Notes: generated by a model not told the origin, from the sequence alone. DNA of 64,000 nucleotides from Bacteroidota bacterium (GCA_039820925.1 JBCBPD010000002.1:21887-85886), one strand, 5' to 3'; counted from the stretch's first letter, positions 18,701 to 29,095 are shown. Made by a program: numbers and translations.

Positions 18701-18832
18701 TTTGTAGTCCCTTCCATTTAAATTAGACTACTTTTGCCGCTGAAAACGCCGCCGGTATGGCATCGTGTTGCAAGGGCCTAAGGGGTAAATCGCTCAATCA
18801 ACACTACATATTTGCGATTTTAAACACACCTT

Positions 18833-20590
18833 ATGACACCATTTGAAGAATTGGGGTTGTCCCAACCGCTTCTGAATGCTATTTCCGATTTGGGATTCGA
18901 AAAACCCTCCGAAGTACAAGAAAAAGCCATTCCAGTTTTATTGGAAAATGAAACGGACCTCGTTGCCTTGGCGCAAACGGGAACAGGGAAAACCGCTGCT
19001 TTCGGTTTTCCCATGATTCAAAAAATTCAGCACGACAGCCGAACAACCCAAGGGCTCATTCTCTCTCCTACACGTGAGCTTTGTCTCCAGATTACCAATG
19101 AGTTGCAACTCTACTCCAAATACGTGAAAGGTTTACGAACAGTTGCCATTTATGGAGGAGCTAGCATTACCGAACAAGCGCGCCAAATCAAAAAAGGAGC
19201 GCAAATTGTCGTCGCTACGCCAGGGCGAATGAAAGACATGATTGGTCGGGGTATGGTGGACATTTCCAAAATTGACTATTGCGTACTGGATGAGGCCGAT
19301 GAAATGCTCAATATGGGCTTCTATGAGGATATCAAGGATATTTTATCCAATACTCCTGAAGAGAAATTTACCTGGTTGTTCTCAGCAACCATGCCCAAAG
19401 AGGTAGCTCAGATTGCCAAAAAGTTCATGCACAAGCCCCAAGAGATTACGGTGGGGACCAAGAATGCCGGAGCTAGTACGGTACAACATGAATATTATAC
19501 GGTAGGGGGTCGTGACCGTTACGCTGCACTAAAGCGCTTGGCAGATGCAAACCCTGGAATCTTTTCCGTGATTTTCTGTCGCACCAAAAGAGATACGCAA
19601 AAAGTTGCAGAAAAATTAATTGAAGATGGCTACAACGCGGGCGCTCTGCATGGTGATTTAAGTCAAAACCAACGGGATTTGGTGATGAACGCCTTTCGGA
19701 AAAAGCAGGTTCAAATGTTGGTGGCTACGGATGTTGCCGCCAGAGGTATTGATGTTGACGACATTACCCACGTTATCAATTACCAACTTCCGGATGAAAT
19801 TGAAACCTATACCCACCGAAGTGGTCGTACAGGACGTGCAGGGAAATCCGGAATTTCAATGGTTATCGTGACCCGTTCCGAAATGCGGAAAATCCACGCC
19901 ATTGAAAAGAAAATCAAACAAGATTTCATTTCTAAAAAGATTCCAACGGGAATTGAAATCTGTGAGATTCAGTTGTATCATTTGGCCAATAAAATCAAGG
20001 AAACGGAAGTCAACACTGAAATTGATGGGTATTTGCCTGCCATTCACGATGTTTTGGAGGGGCTAGACCGCGAAGAACTCATCAAAAAAATTGTTTCGGT
20101 AGAGTTTACCCGTTTCTTTAACTACTACAGCAAAACCAAGGACCTCAATACTTCAGAATCCTCTAAAGAACGTTCCGAAAGAAGAGATTCTGGTGGAGGT
20201 TCCGTGCGCTACTTCATCAATATTGGTGAAAGAGACGGTTACGACTGGATGAGTCTAAAAGATTTCTTGAGGGACACGTTGAATCTCGAAAAAGAAGATG
20301 TTTTCAACGTGGACACTAAAGGAAGTTTCTCTTTCTTCAACACAGATGCTTCTCTAACGGAATTCATTTTGCAAACCTTCACGGACTTTAAAGTAAAAGG
20401 ACGCTTTATCAATGTGGAAGTTTCGACTAAACCTGGTAGCGGTTCAGGGAAGAAACGCAACCGAGGGGACAGAAGGTCTAAATTCAAAAAGGGCGGAGAC
20501 CGTCCCTATTCGAAAAAAGGTAAAAAAGGCGGTCGAGGCCGTTCTAAAGGGGGGAAACATCCAGGATTCTTTTCGTTAATTCTTTATTAA
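18833..20590 (+). CDS. DEAD-box RNA helicase (DeaD-like) with DbpA RNA-binding domain and basic tail
   Basis: AQTGTGKT, PTREL, TPGR, DEAD, SAT, HGDLSQ, ARGID, HRSGRTGRAG. Confidence 0.93.
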   Translation: MTPFEELGLSQPLLNAISDLGFEKPSEVQEKAIPVLLENETDLVALAQTGTGKTAAFGFPMIQKIQHDSRTTQGLILSPTRELCLQITNELQLYSKYVKGLRTVAIYGGASITEQARQIKKGAQIVVATPGRMKDMIGRGMVDISKIDYCVLDEADEMLNMGFYEDIKDILSNTPEEKFTWLFSATMPKEVAQIAKKFMHKPQEITVGTKNAGASTVQHEYYTVGGRDRYAALKRLADANPGIFSVIFCRTKRDTQKVAEKLIEDGYNAGALHGDLSQNQRDLVMNAFRKKQVQMLVATDVAARGIDVDDITHVINYQLPDEIETYTHRSGRTGRAGKSGISMVIVTRSEMRKIHAIEKKIKQDFISKKIPTGIEICEIQLYHLANKIKETEVNTEIDGYLPAIHDVLEGLDREELIKKIVSVEFTRFFNYYSKTKDLNTSESSKERSERRDSGGGSVRYFINIGERDGYDWMSLKDFLRDTLNLEKEDVFNVDTKGSFSFFNTDASLTEFILQTFTDFKVKGRFINVEVSTKPGSGSGKKRNRGDRRSKFKKGGDRPYSKKGKKGGRGRSKGGKHPGFFSLILY

Positions 20591-20649
20591 ACCGAAATGC
20601 CTAAACCTTAATTTTAAGTTGTTTCGTATTTTTAAGGCATCCTGAGTTC

Positions 20650-21426
20650 ATGAAACCATTTATCGTCTGCACCTTTTTGTTGTTTTCTTTCGCGAGTCTG
20701 GCGCAGACGGATGAAACCGATGTTGTTCCCCGTGACATTACCGCAACCGTAGTAAATGCCCAAACAGGCTTTGCGATGGAAAGTGTCCACGTCATCAATT
20801 TGAATCAAGTAGTGGGTACCATTACCAATCAAGAAGGTAAGTTTTCCATTCCTGCTGTGGTGAACGACACCCTTTATCTGTCTTTTTTAGGATTCAAATC
20901 CCAGAAGGTTCGCGTCACCAATGACATGTTCAAGTTCGAGGGCACTGAAATTGCCTTGACAGAGTTAGCCTATGCATTGGAAGAAGTCATCGTGCGACCC
21001 TACCAGCTTACGGGATACTTAGAGATTGATGTCAAAAACCTGCCTATCAACAATGCCTATCAGTACAGTATTTCAGGTTTAGGAAGGAGTTATGAAGCCG
21101 GAAATAAAAATCCCAGTGCGGTAACCAAGGTGCTGGGAGCCATTCTCAACCCTGCGGATTTATTGCGAAACCTTTTCGGGAAAAAACCGAAACAGATGCG
21201 CAAACTGCGGCAAATGAAAGAAGACGAAGACATTCGAAATCTTTTGGCTTCCAAATTCGACCGCGAGACGCTAAAAGAGCTTTTGCAACTGGAAAAGGTT
21301 GATATTGAAGACATTTTGAACAATTGCAACTATTCCAGGTCCTTTATTCGTACGGCCAACGACCTTCAAATTTTGGACGCCATCTCTAGTTGTTATGAAG
21401 AATACAAGGTCCTAAATCGGAAATAA
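20650..21426 (+). CDS. Carboxypeptidase-like regulatory domain-containing protein
   Basis: Signal peptide; GTITNQEGKFSI...DTLYLSFLGFKS; LEEVIV. Confidence 0.75.
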   Translation: MKPFIVCTFLLFSFASLAQTDETDVVPRDITATVVNAQTGFAMESVHVINLNQVVGTITNQEGKFSIPAVVNDTLYLSFLGFKSQKVRVTNDMFKFEGTEIALTELAYALEEVIVRPYQLTGYLEIDVKNLPINNAYQYSISGLGRSYEAGNKNPSAVTKVLGAILNPADLLRNLFGKKPKQMRKLRQMKEDEDIRNLLASKFDRETLKELLQLEKVDIEDILNNCNYSRSFIRTANDLQILDAISSCYEEYKVLNRK

Positions 21427-21511
21427 AATCCTACCAGAAGCTTCTTCCACTTCTTAAATAAATTTTAAATTTCCGTATTCATTTTATAGTTTTAGGCAAA
21501 ATACCTCCTTA

Positions 21512-23197
21512 ATGAAAAAACTGCTTATCGTTATGTCTCTTTTTTCCTTTATCCTGGGTTGCAAAAAGACAAAAAAAGCTGAAAAAAAGGAAGAAGTTGT
21601 AACGATAGAACCCGAGCAGGAAAAGCAGGTTCCTTTCGTTTGGGAAGGGGCCAACATCTACTTTCTTTTAACCGATAGATTCCACAACGGAAACCCCGAA
21701 AATGATGTCAATTTCGAACGCACTGAGGAAACAGCCGTCCTACGTGGTTTTGAAGGAGGGGATTTACAAGGAGTTATTCAAAAACTGGAAGAAGGTTACT
21801 TCAGCGATTTAGGCATCAACGCCATCTGGTTCACCCCTATAGTGGAACAAATTCATGGCGCTACTAATGAAGGTACCGGAAACACCTATGGCTATCATGG
21901 GTATTGGACCAAGGATTGGACGGCCATTGACCCGAATTTTGGTACCCGAAAAGATTTGGAGAAACTGGTAAAAACTGCGCATTCCAAAGGAATACGAGTA
22001 CTGCTGGATGTGGTTTTGAACCATACTGGACCCGTAACGGATAAAGACCCCGTATGGCCAGAAGAATGGGTAAGAACAGGGCCAGCCTGTACTTTTGACA
22101 CCTACGAAAACACTACGGCTTGTACTTTGGTACAAAATCTACCTGATATTTTAACCGAATCAGATGAAGCGGTAGAGTTGCCTGACGCGCTGTTAGCCAA
22201 GTGGAAAAGAGAAGGTCGTTTGAGCCAGGAATTGGATGAATTACAGTTGTTTTTCGAACGTACAGGTTATCCCAGAGCACCACGCTTTTACATCATCAAA
22301 TGGTTGACCGATTACATTAATGATTTTGGTGTTGATGGTTTCCGAGTAGACACGGTTAAGCACGTAAACGAAAATGCCTGGTCCGATTTATATAAAGAGG
22401 CCAACTACGCTTTCGAAACTTGGAAGAAAAAACATCCCGACCGCATTTTGGATGAAAATGATTTCTATATGGTGGGTGAAGTATACAATTATGGAATCAC
22501 CGGCGGACGTGAGTTTGATTTTGGAGATAAAAAGGTCGATTTCTTTGACTATGGCTTCAAGAGCCTCATCAATTTCGATTTGAAGTATGATGCGGAACAA
22601 CCTTACGAAAAAGTATTCACCAAGTACAGTAAGCTACTGAATACCAAACTAAAAGGAAAAAGTGTTTTAAACTACCTCACCTCGCACGACGACGGACAAC
22701 CTTTTGACAAAGACCGGACCAAGCCATATTTGGCAGCTAACATGTTGTTGTTGACTCCAGGCGCTTCCCAAGTGTATTATGGTGACGAGACGGCGCGAAG
22801 TTTGGTAATTGAAGGTACGGAGGGTGATGCTACACTTCGTTCGTTCATGAATTGGGAAGAATTGGATTCATTACCACATGTAAAAGACATTCACAAACAC
22901 TACCAAAAACTAGGTTCCTTTAGAAGAAACCACCCCTCAGTTGGTGCTGGAAAACACAAACGGTTGGCCAAAGAACCTTACGTCTTCTCAAGAAGCTATA
23001 CCCAAGGAGATTATAAGGACAAGGTGGTCATCGGACTTGATTTGCCCAAAGGCAAAAAATCCCTTCGTGTGAAAGGATTTTTTGGAGATGGCACTACTCT
23101 TTATGATACCTACTCCGAAACCGAAGTGGTTGTAGAAAAAGGACAGGTCACACTCGATAATGATTTTGAAATAGCCCTTTTGGAACTAAAGGAGTAA
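21512..23197 (+). CDS. GH13 alpha-amylase family lipoprotein
   Basis: Lipobox ILG-C; GYHGYW; DVVLNH; GFRVDTVKH; GEVY; SHD; YYGDE. Confidence 0.9.
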   Translation: MKKLLIVMSLFSFILGCKKTKKAEKKEEVVTIEPEQEKQVPFVWEGANIYFLLTDRFHNGNPENDVNFERTEETAVLRGFEGGDLQGVIQKLEEGYFSDLGINAIWFTPIVEQIHGATNEGTGNTYGYHGYWTKDWTAIDPNFGTRKDLEKLVKTAHSKGIRVLLDVVLNHTGPVTDKDPVWPEEWVRTGPACTFDTYENTTACTLVQNLPDILTESDEAVELPDALLAKWKREGRLSQELDELQLFFERTGYPRAPRFYIIKWLTDYINDFGVDGFRVDTVKHVNENAWSDLYKEANYAFETWKKKHPDRILDENDFYMVGEVYNYGITGGREFDFGDKKVDFFDYGFKSLINFDLKYDAEQPYEKVFTKYSKLLNTKLKGKSVLNYLTSHDDGQPFDKDRTKPYLAANMLLLTPGASQVYYGDETARSLVIEGTEGDATLRSFMNWEELDSLPHVKDIHKHYQKLGSFRRNHPSVGAGKHKRLAKEPYVFSRSYTQGDYKDKVVIGLDLPKGKKSLRVKGFFGDGTTLYDTYSETEVVVEKGQVTLDNDFEIALLELKE

Positions 23198-23200
23198 AGC

Positions 23201-23728
23201 TTAGCTTTCCAGAATCGTTTTCAGACTCCCGAGACCGTCTTCGAAATCTCCTCCGACAGCTTTATCCATGTTCATGAACAACATGAAAATGCTCATGGGG
23301 AATTTGTTTTTCCCTGAGAATCCCCAGGTCACTTTGGTAGTGTTGGGGCCTTCTTCCTCAGTTGTCATGAAAGCATCTGAAGTAGATTTAAAAGGTTTCA
23401 AAAAACGAAGTTCAGATTCCACGCGCTCGCCAGGTACAATCTTGGTGATTTCTTGTTCGCCCTCGCCTACTTCTTTGTTGCCATTCCAATAGCTCACAGA
23501 ACCTACTTCACCATCGGTTCCCGTGAATTTCTTTTCCATGTTGGGGTCTTTTTTGGCCCAAGGAGACCAATTGTCCATTTTTTCAAGCGACTTGATGTAT
23601 TCAAAAACGGTATCCTTCGGTTGCGCAATGGAAATACTGCGCGAAACGCTATAAGATTTCGGAGCAATAATCCCCAAAAAAACAATAAGGAGAATCAAAC
23701 CTCCCAAAATGTAGAGAACTGTAGTCAT
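23201..23728 (-). CDS. SRPBCC family protein
   Basis: WSPWAKKDPNM...GTDGEVGSVSYWNGNKEVGEGEQEI; TKVTWGFSG; DFEDGLGSLK. Confidence 0.85.
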   Translation of the reverse strand: MTTVLYILGGLILLIVFLGIIAPKSYSVSRSISIAQPKDTVFEYIKSLEKMDNWSPWAKKDPNMEKKFTGTDGEVGSVSYWNGNKEVGEGEQEITKIVPGERVESELRFLKPFKSTSDAFMTTEEEGPNTTKVTWGFSGKNKFPMSIFMLFMNMDKAVGGDFEDGLGSLKTILES

Positions 23729-23765
23729 TTGTTTTAGAATTGGTTACATGCTAAAATAGCAAAAT

Positions 23766-24422
23766 TCAACGCTCAGACAAATACCGCTGAATTATGCCCT
23801 CCACGTCCTTAATGGACTTTTTGGTCCAGTCAAAGCGCTTTTCCAAACATTCTTTGTCTGTCAAGTGCCAAGGTAGTTCGGAAGCACGCAGTTGTTTTGA
23901 CAAGGTTTCCAGAATAATCGCTGCGGACACTGAAATGTTCAAACTTTCAGAAAAACCAACCATAGGAATCTTGAGAAAACCATCCGCTCTGCTCTTGACG
24001 ACCTCACTCAATCCTTCACGCTCCGTACCGAAAAACAAAGCTGTTTTCTCGTCAATTTGATAATCCCCTAAAAGGCTACAATCTCCATAAGGCGCTGTTG
24101 CAATTATCTTGTACCCGTTTTGAGACAAAGTGTCGATACAGTGTTCCATATGGGAGTACCGTTGGATATCTACCCACTGTTCTGCTCCCATGGCGATATT
24201 TTTATCCAAACGACTCCCGAAACGGTCTTCCACAACATGGGCTTCTTGAATTCCAAAAGCATCACAACTTCGAAGTACTGCACTAGTATTGTGCAACTGG
24301 AATACATCTTCCATCACCACCGTCAAAAACTTCGTTCTTTGTGACAAAACATCCTGAAATCTAGCTTTGCGCTCTTCGGTAAGAAACCCTTCCAAATAGT
24401 CCAGTAAATCCATATCAATCAT
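23766..24422 (-). CDS. TrmH/SpoU family RNA methyltransferase
   Basis: HNTSAVLRSCDAFG, FGTEREGLS, IPMVGFSESLNISVSAA. Confidence 0.92.
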   Translation of the reverse strand: MIDMDLLDYLEGFLTEERKARFQDVLSQRTKFLTVVMEDVFQLHNTSAVLRSCDAFGIQEAHVVEDRFGSRLDKNIAMGAEQWVDIQRYSHMEHCIDTLSQNGYKIIATAPYGDCSLLGDYQIDEKTALFFGTEREGLSEVVKSRADGFLKIPMVGFSESLNISVSAAIILETLSKQLRASELPWHLTDKECLEKRFDWTKKSIKDVEGIIQRYLSER

Positions 24423-24474
24423 CCGGCAAAAGATAGAAAAAATGATACTTTTGATTGTATTAGCGCCCTAACGG

Positions 24475-25176
24475 ATGAAAAAGCAAAAGAAAATAGTGGT
24501 CATGACCGGTGCGGGAATGAGCGCAGAAAGCGGTCTAAAAACCTTTCGAGACGCCAATGGACTTTGGGAAGGACATGATGTGATGGAAGTTGCCTCTCCC
24601 GAGGGTTTTCAGAGAAATCCGGAACTCGTACTTGAATTCTATAATCAACGTAGGCGTCAGCTTTTACAGGTACATCCGAATGCCGGGCACAAAGCTCTGG
24701 TTCGATTGGAGGAGAAATTTGACGTTCAAATCGTCACCCAAAATGTGGATAACCTTCACGAAAAAGCAGGAAGCACTCAAGTATTGCATTTGCATGGCGA
24801 ATTGTTGAAAGTGCGAAGTATTCAAAATGAAGACTTGGTTTTGCATTGGGAAAAGGATTTAGTCCTAGGAAATTTGGATGAAAACGGACATCAATTGCGC
24901 CCTCATATCGTTTGGTTTGGTGAAATGGTTCCGTTATTGGAAGATGCTGCTCGGCAAACCCAGCAAGCCGATATCGTTATCATTATTGGTACTTCCATGC
25001 AAGTGTATCCAGCAGCAAGCTTGATTCACTATGCCCCACCACAAGCTCCAATTTATTTCGTAGACCCGGCACCCGCTGTCAACCCCAGTGATTTTGCCCA
25101 CCTGACTGTTTTGCAGCAAACCGCTGCCGAAGGGTTGCCTAGTTTGGTGCAAGAACTTCTAGAAAAAGAAGGTTAA
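24475..25176 (+). CDS. cobB: SIR2 family NAD-dependent deacylase
   Basis: TGAGMSAESGLKTFR, TQNVDNLHE, HLHG, LRPHIVWFGE, GTSMQVYPAA. Confidence 0.92.
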   Translation: MKKQKKIVVMTGAGMSAESGLKTFRDANGLWEGHDVMEVASPEGFQRNPELVLEFYNQRRRQLLQVHPNAGHKALVRLEEKFDVQIVTQNVDNLHEKAGSTQVLHLHGELLKVRSIQNEDLVLHWEKDLVLGNLDENGHQLRPHIVWFGEMVPLLEDAARQTQQADIVIIIGTSMQVYPAASLIHYAPPQAPIYFVDPAPAVNPSDFAHLTVLQQTAAEGLPSLVQELLEKEG

Positions 25177-25184
25177 ACCATTGT

Positions 25185-25757
25185 ATGCGAGAGGAAGAAC
25201 TTCATGTAAAATTGAGCCAAAAGCGCTTGTCGAAACCCGAAGTAAATGGTTTAACCCATCAATTGCTTAATCATCCAGAGCTCGTTTTACCGCTCATTCA
25301 ACATGTTTTTGAAGAAGAAAAAGAAGGCGCGTTCATGGCAAGTTGGGTACTGGACCATCTGCTACGGAGAAACCTTTCCCTGTTGCTTCCTCATATTGAG
25401 TTTTTTATTTCAGGGCTTCCCGGAATGCAATCTGATTCTTCAATTCGTCCTATGGCCCATAGTTGTGAGATGCTATTGATTAAAGTTTACAAGAAAAAAG
25501 ACCCGGTTTACACCAAAGCCATCAACACAACACATAAAGAAATCTTGTTATCCACCAATTTTGATTGGCTCATTGGTCCATATCGTGCTGCAACTAAAGT
25601 TTTTGCCATGACCAACGTCTATTATCTGGGAAAAGAATTCGCCTGGGTGCACCCGGAATTGACTTCAGTTTTGCAAGAAACCTTATCGGAAGGCAGTAGG
25701 GCGTATCAAAACCGAGGTAGCAAAATACTAAAACGGTTGATTCAAGAAGCACAGTGA
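25185..25757 (+). CDS. Conserved hypothetical alpha-helical (HEAT-like) protein upstream of purB
   Basis: 190-aa ORF in operon position; ASWVLD, FDWLI, KVFAM motifs; no lyase signature. Confidence 0.6.
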   Translation: MREEELHVKLSQKRLSKPEVNGLTHQLLNHPELVLPLIQHVFEEEKEGAFMASWVLDHLLRRNLSLLLPHIEFFISGLPGMQSDSSIRPMAHSCEMLLIKVYKKKDPVYTKAINTTHKEILLSTNFDWLIGPYRAATKVFAMTNVYYLGKEFAWVHPELTSVLQETLSEGSRAYQNRGSKILKRLIQEAQ

Positions 25758-25798
25758 CATTTCAAGTTTAAGTATCTTTGCGCTTTTAAACTACACTC

Positions 25799-27139
25799 AT
25801 GCTGACGCCTTTGAATGCCATATCCCCCATAGATGGGAGGTATCGAAATAAAATCGAAGATTTATCCCAATTTTTTTCGGAAGAAGCCTTAATACGGTAC
25901 CGAGTAAAAGTAGAAATCGAGTACTTTTTGGCGTTATGCGAAATTCCTTTGCCCCAGCTTGAAACTTTCCCGGCAAATCAAAACGAAGCGTTGCAAACCA
26001 TCTATAAAGATTTTACCGCTGAAGACGCTGCGGAAATCAAGGAAATCGAAAAAACCACCAACCATGATGTCAAAGCGGTAGAGTATTTCATCAAAAAGCG
26101 TTTTGATACTTTGGGCGTGCAGGAATACAAAGAATTCATCCACTTTGGCTTGACCTCTCAGGACATTAACAATACGGCCATTCCCCTTTCGCTGAAAGAA
26201 GCAATGAATGAAATTTATGTGCCCTTGTATTTTAAAACCGTTGGGGTCCTTCAAGAAAGAGCGGCGGAGTGGGCCACAGTTCCCATGCTGGCAAGAACGC
26301 ATGGACAACCAGCCTCCCCTACTCGATTGGGTAAAGAAATTGATGTTTTTGTGGCACGCTTAAAAGAACAGTTCAATTTATTGAATGACATCCCAAGTGC
26401 TGCTAAATTTGGTGGTGCCACGGGAAATTTCAATGCGCATACTATTGCGTATCCCGATATTGACTGGAGGGCGTTTGGAAAGGAATTTGTCCAAGAGCGT
26501 TTGGGCCTACACCATTCCTTCCCTACCACGCAAATCGAGCACTACGACCATATGGCTGCCTTGTTCGATAATTTGGCTCGTATCAATACCATTTTAATTG
26601 ATTTGGACCGTGATATATGGACCTATATTTCCATGGATTACTTCAAACAAAAAATCAAAGCAGGTGAAATCGGTTCCTCTGCGATGCCGCACAAGGTAAA
26701 TCCCATTGATTTCGAAAACTCTGAAGGAAACCTGGGGATAGCCAATGCCATCTTCCATCATTTGGCTTCCAAATTGCCTATTTCAAGACTACAACGGGAT
26801 TTAACCGATAGCACAGTCTTACGAAATATTGGTGTTCCCTTTTCTCATACAGTTATCGCGATGCATGCTACCTTAAAGGGATTGTCCAAGTTGGTGTTGA
26901 ATCAAGACAAAATCGACCGGGATTTGTCCGAAAACTGGCCCGTGGTAGCGGAAGCGATTCAAACCATTTTAAGACGGGAAGGGTATCCCAATCCCTATGA
27001 AGCTTTAAAAGGGTTGACTCGAACCAACGAGAAAATCACGCAACATACCATTGCAGCCTTCATCGACACCCTTGAGGTCTCCGATGATTTAAAAGCTGAG
27101 CTCAAAAAAATAACCCCGGCAAATTATACCGGGGTCTAA
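25799..27139 (+). CDS. purB: Adenylosuccinate lyase
   Basis: AISPIDGRY, TNHDVKAVEY, HFGLTSQDINN, ARTHGQPA, GSSAMPHKVNPIDFENSEGN. Confidence 0.98.
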   Translation: MLTPLNAISPIDGRYRNKIEDLSQFFSEEALIRYRVKVEIEYFLALCEIPLPQLETFPANQNEALQTIYKDFTAEDAAEIKEIEKTTNHDVKAVEYFIKKRFDTLGVQEYKEFIHFGLTSQDINNTAIPLSLKEAMNEIYVPLYFKTVGVLQERAAEWATVPMLARTHGQPASPTRLGKEIDVFVARLKEQFNLLNDIPSAAKFGGATGNFNAHTIAYPDIDWRAFGKEFVQERLGLHHSFPTTQIEHYDHMAALFDNLARINTILIDLDRDIWTYISMDYFKQKIKAGEIGSSAMPHKVNPIDFENSEGNLGIANAIFHHLASKLPISRLQRDLTDSTVLRNIGVPFSHTVIAMHATLKGLSKLVLNQDKIDRDLSENWPVVAEAIQTILRREGYPNPYEALKGLTRTNEKITQHTIAAFIDTLEVSDDLKAELKKITPANYTGV

Positions 27140-27159
27140 AGTTAGTTGAGAAGGTTTAT

Positions 27160-27978
27160 TTACTTCGAAACCTTTTGAACTTCCACTTCGTGTGGGTAAG
27201 GTATTTCGATTCCAGCTTCGTCTAAAGCTAGTTTACAACCTTCATAGGTGGCAAAATAAACATCCCAATAATCTTCGGGCTTGCTGAAAGGTCGCACCGC
27301 AAAATTCACCGAGCTATCCGCCAATTCCAAAACATTTACGGATGGTGCTGGGTCTTGCAAAACTTTTGGATTATCCGTCAAAACTTTAAGCAGTACTTCC
27401 TTAACCGTCTTGATGTCTTCTTCATAAGCCACTCCGATAACCGTATCTACACGAATTTTTCCTTCGGCGGTATAGTTGACAATATTTCCATTGGCCATGG
27501 CGCCGTTGGGAACAATGGCCAATTTGTTTTCCGGGGTTATAAGTTTCGTCGTGAAGATTTCAATCTCCTTGACCGCGCCAAGTACACCTTGTGCTTCAAT
27601 CAAATCTCCGATACGATAAGGTTTGAAAATCATAATGAGCACGCCACCCGCAAAATTGGAGAGTGAACCTTGAAGGGCCAAACCAATGGCCAAACCAGCA
27701 GCTGCGATAACCGCTGCGAACGTGGTTACGTCTACACCCAATCTGGAAATCACAAGAATTATCAAGAACACTTTTAGGGCCCAAGAAAGAAGGTTCAAAA
27801 GAAAACGTTGAAGCGATTCGTCATACTTGCTCTTCGCCATGACCTTGCGGACCCCTTTGAGCAATTTTTTAATGACCCATGAACCGATGATATAAATGAG
27901 AATGGCCGTGACCAATTTTGGCCCAAATTCTTTGGCCAATTCCAACCCGTAGTTTATCCACTCTTGTGCTTGTTCCAT
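27160..27978 (-). CDS. mscS: Small-conductance mechanosensitive channel family protein
   Basis: AAGLAIGLALQGSLSNFAGGVLIMIFKPYRIGD, VPNG, IEIPYP. Confidence 0.9.
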   Translation of the reverse strand: MEQAQEWINYGLELAKEFGPKLVTAILIYIIGSWVIKKLLKGVRKVMAKSKYDESLQRFLLNLLSWALKVFLIILVISRLGVDVTTFAAVIAAAGLAIGLALQGSLSNFAGGVLIMIFKPYRIGDLIEAQGVLGAVKEIEIFTTKLITPENKLAIVPNGAMANGNIVNYTAEGKIRVDTVIGVAYEEDIKTVKEVLLKVLTDNPKVLQDPAPSVNVLELADSSVNFAVRPFSKPEDYWDVYFATYEGCKLALDEAGIEIPYPHEVEVQKVSK

Positions 27979-28119
27979 AATGCTATGATTTGTTAGTGTT
28001 TATCTGTTTGACCCTAAGTTAACAAGAAGGTCACATATTTATGGGATAAAGCAGGTTATAAAAACAAAAAGCTTGGATACAGAAGTAGAAGAAATGTTTT
28101 ACCGAACTCAAGCAGCTCT

Positions 28120-28533
28120 TTAATGTGGTAATCTGTTGCGCATCAATCCATAACAAAAAGTGCCCAATAGCGCTCCAATGATGACCACTAAGATAGACGG
28201 AAACCCCGCACCAATTAAAGTGAACATCGGGCCTGGGCAAGCTCCGGCAAGTCCCCAGCCTAAACCAAAGATAATTCCTCCAATCAAATAACGGGCAACA
28301 CTTTTTTCTTTGGGATTAAAAATGATATGGTCACCATGAAACGACTTAAGCTTCAACCGCTTAATTACTTGTACCATGATTACCCCCAAAACCAAAGCTG
28401 AGCCGATTATACCATACATATGGAATGCCTTAAACTGGAACATTTCATAAATCCGAAACCAGGAAGCAGCTTCAGATTTGAACATGGTAATACCGAAAAG
28501 AATACCGATGAAGAGATAGCCAATAGTTCGCAT
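28120..28533 (-). CDS. YeeE/YedE family membrane protein (second half)
   Basis: IYEMFQFKAFHMYGIIG, GGIIFGLGWGLAGACPGP. Start ATG 28533. Confidence 0.85.
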   Translation of the reverse strand: MRTIGYLFIGILFGITMFKSEAASWFRIYEMFQFKAFHMYGIIGSALVLGVIMVQVIKRLKLKSFHGDHIIFNPKEKSVARYLIGGIIFGLGWGLAGACPGPMFTLIGAGFPSILVVIIGALLGTFCYGLMRNRLPH

Positions 28534-28537
28534 ACGC

Positions 28538-29095
28538 TTAAAATAAGATTGGGAAAATAAGGTGGACCATAACCAATCCACCAATGAAAAAACCGATTAC
28601 GGCTATTAATGAAGGCCATTGCAATTCGCTCAAACCGGAAATGGCATGTCCTGAGGTACAGCCTCCTGCATACCGCGCGCCAAAACCAACAAGGAATCCT
28701 CCAATAACCAAAATGGCAAGACTTGAAATATCCCCTAGGCTAGCGATGGAAAAGAGCTTTTCGGGCAGATAAGCGCTACCAGCACTGTCAAACCCCAATG
28801 TTTTGAGGTTTTCAATTACCTCAGGATGAATTGCTACCGAAATATCATCGGAAAGAAGCGTGTTGGCCAAAAATCCTCCGATAATTGCACCAAGCACAAC
28901 AATAAGGTTCCACTTTTGGGATTTCCAATCGAATCGAAAAAACGCACTGGCCTTTTCTCCACCGCACAGCGTGCAAATTGTTCTCAAATTGCCAGACATG
29001 CCAAAGTTCTTGCCCATCATGAGGAGCAAGAACATGACCAAAGCTATCATTGGCCCAGCTACATACCAAGGCCAAGGACGAAATAACCATTCCAT
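28538..29095 (-). CDS. YeeE/YedE family sulfur-compound transporter
   Basis: WPWYVAGP, FGMSGNLRTIC, GFLVGFGARYAGGCTSGHAISG. Confidence 0.88.
   Translation of the reverse strand: MEWLFRPWPWYVAGPMIALVMFLLLMMGKNFGMSGNLRTICTLCGGEKASAFFRFDWKSQKWNLIVVLGAIIGGFLANTLLSDDISVAIHPEVIENLKTLGFDSAGSAYLPEKLFSIASLGDISSLAILVIGGFLVGFGARYAGGCTSGHAISGLSELQWPSLIAVIGFFIGGLVMVHLIFPILF

Noticed and set aside
25185-25757. Calling the gene before purB a second adenylosuccinate lyase
   Set aside because: It is only 190 aa and lacks the SSAMPHKVNP fumarate-lyase signature.
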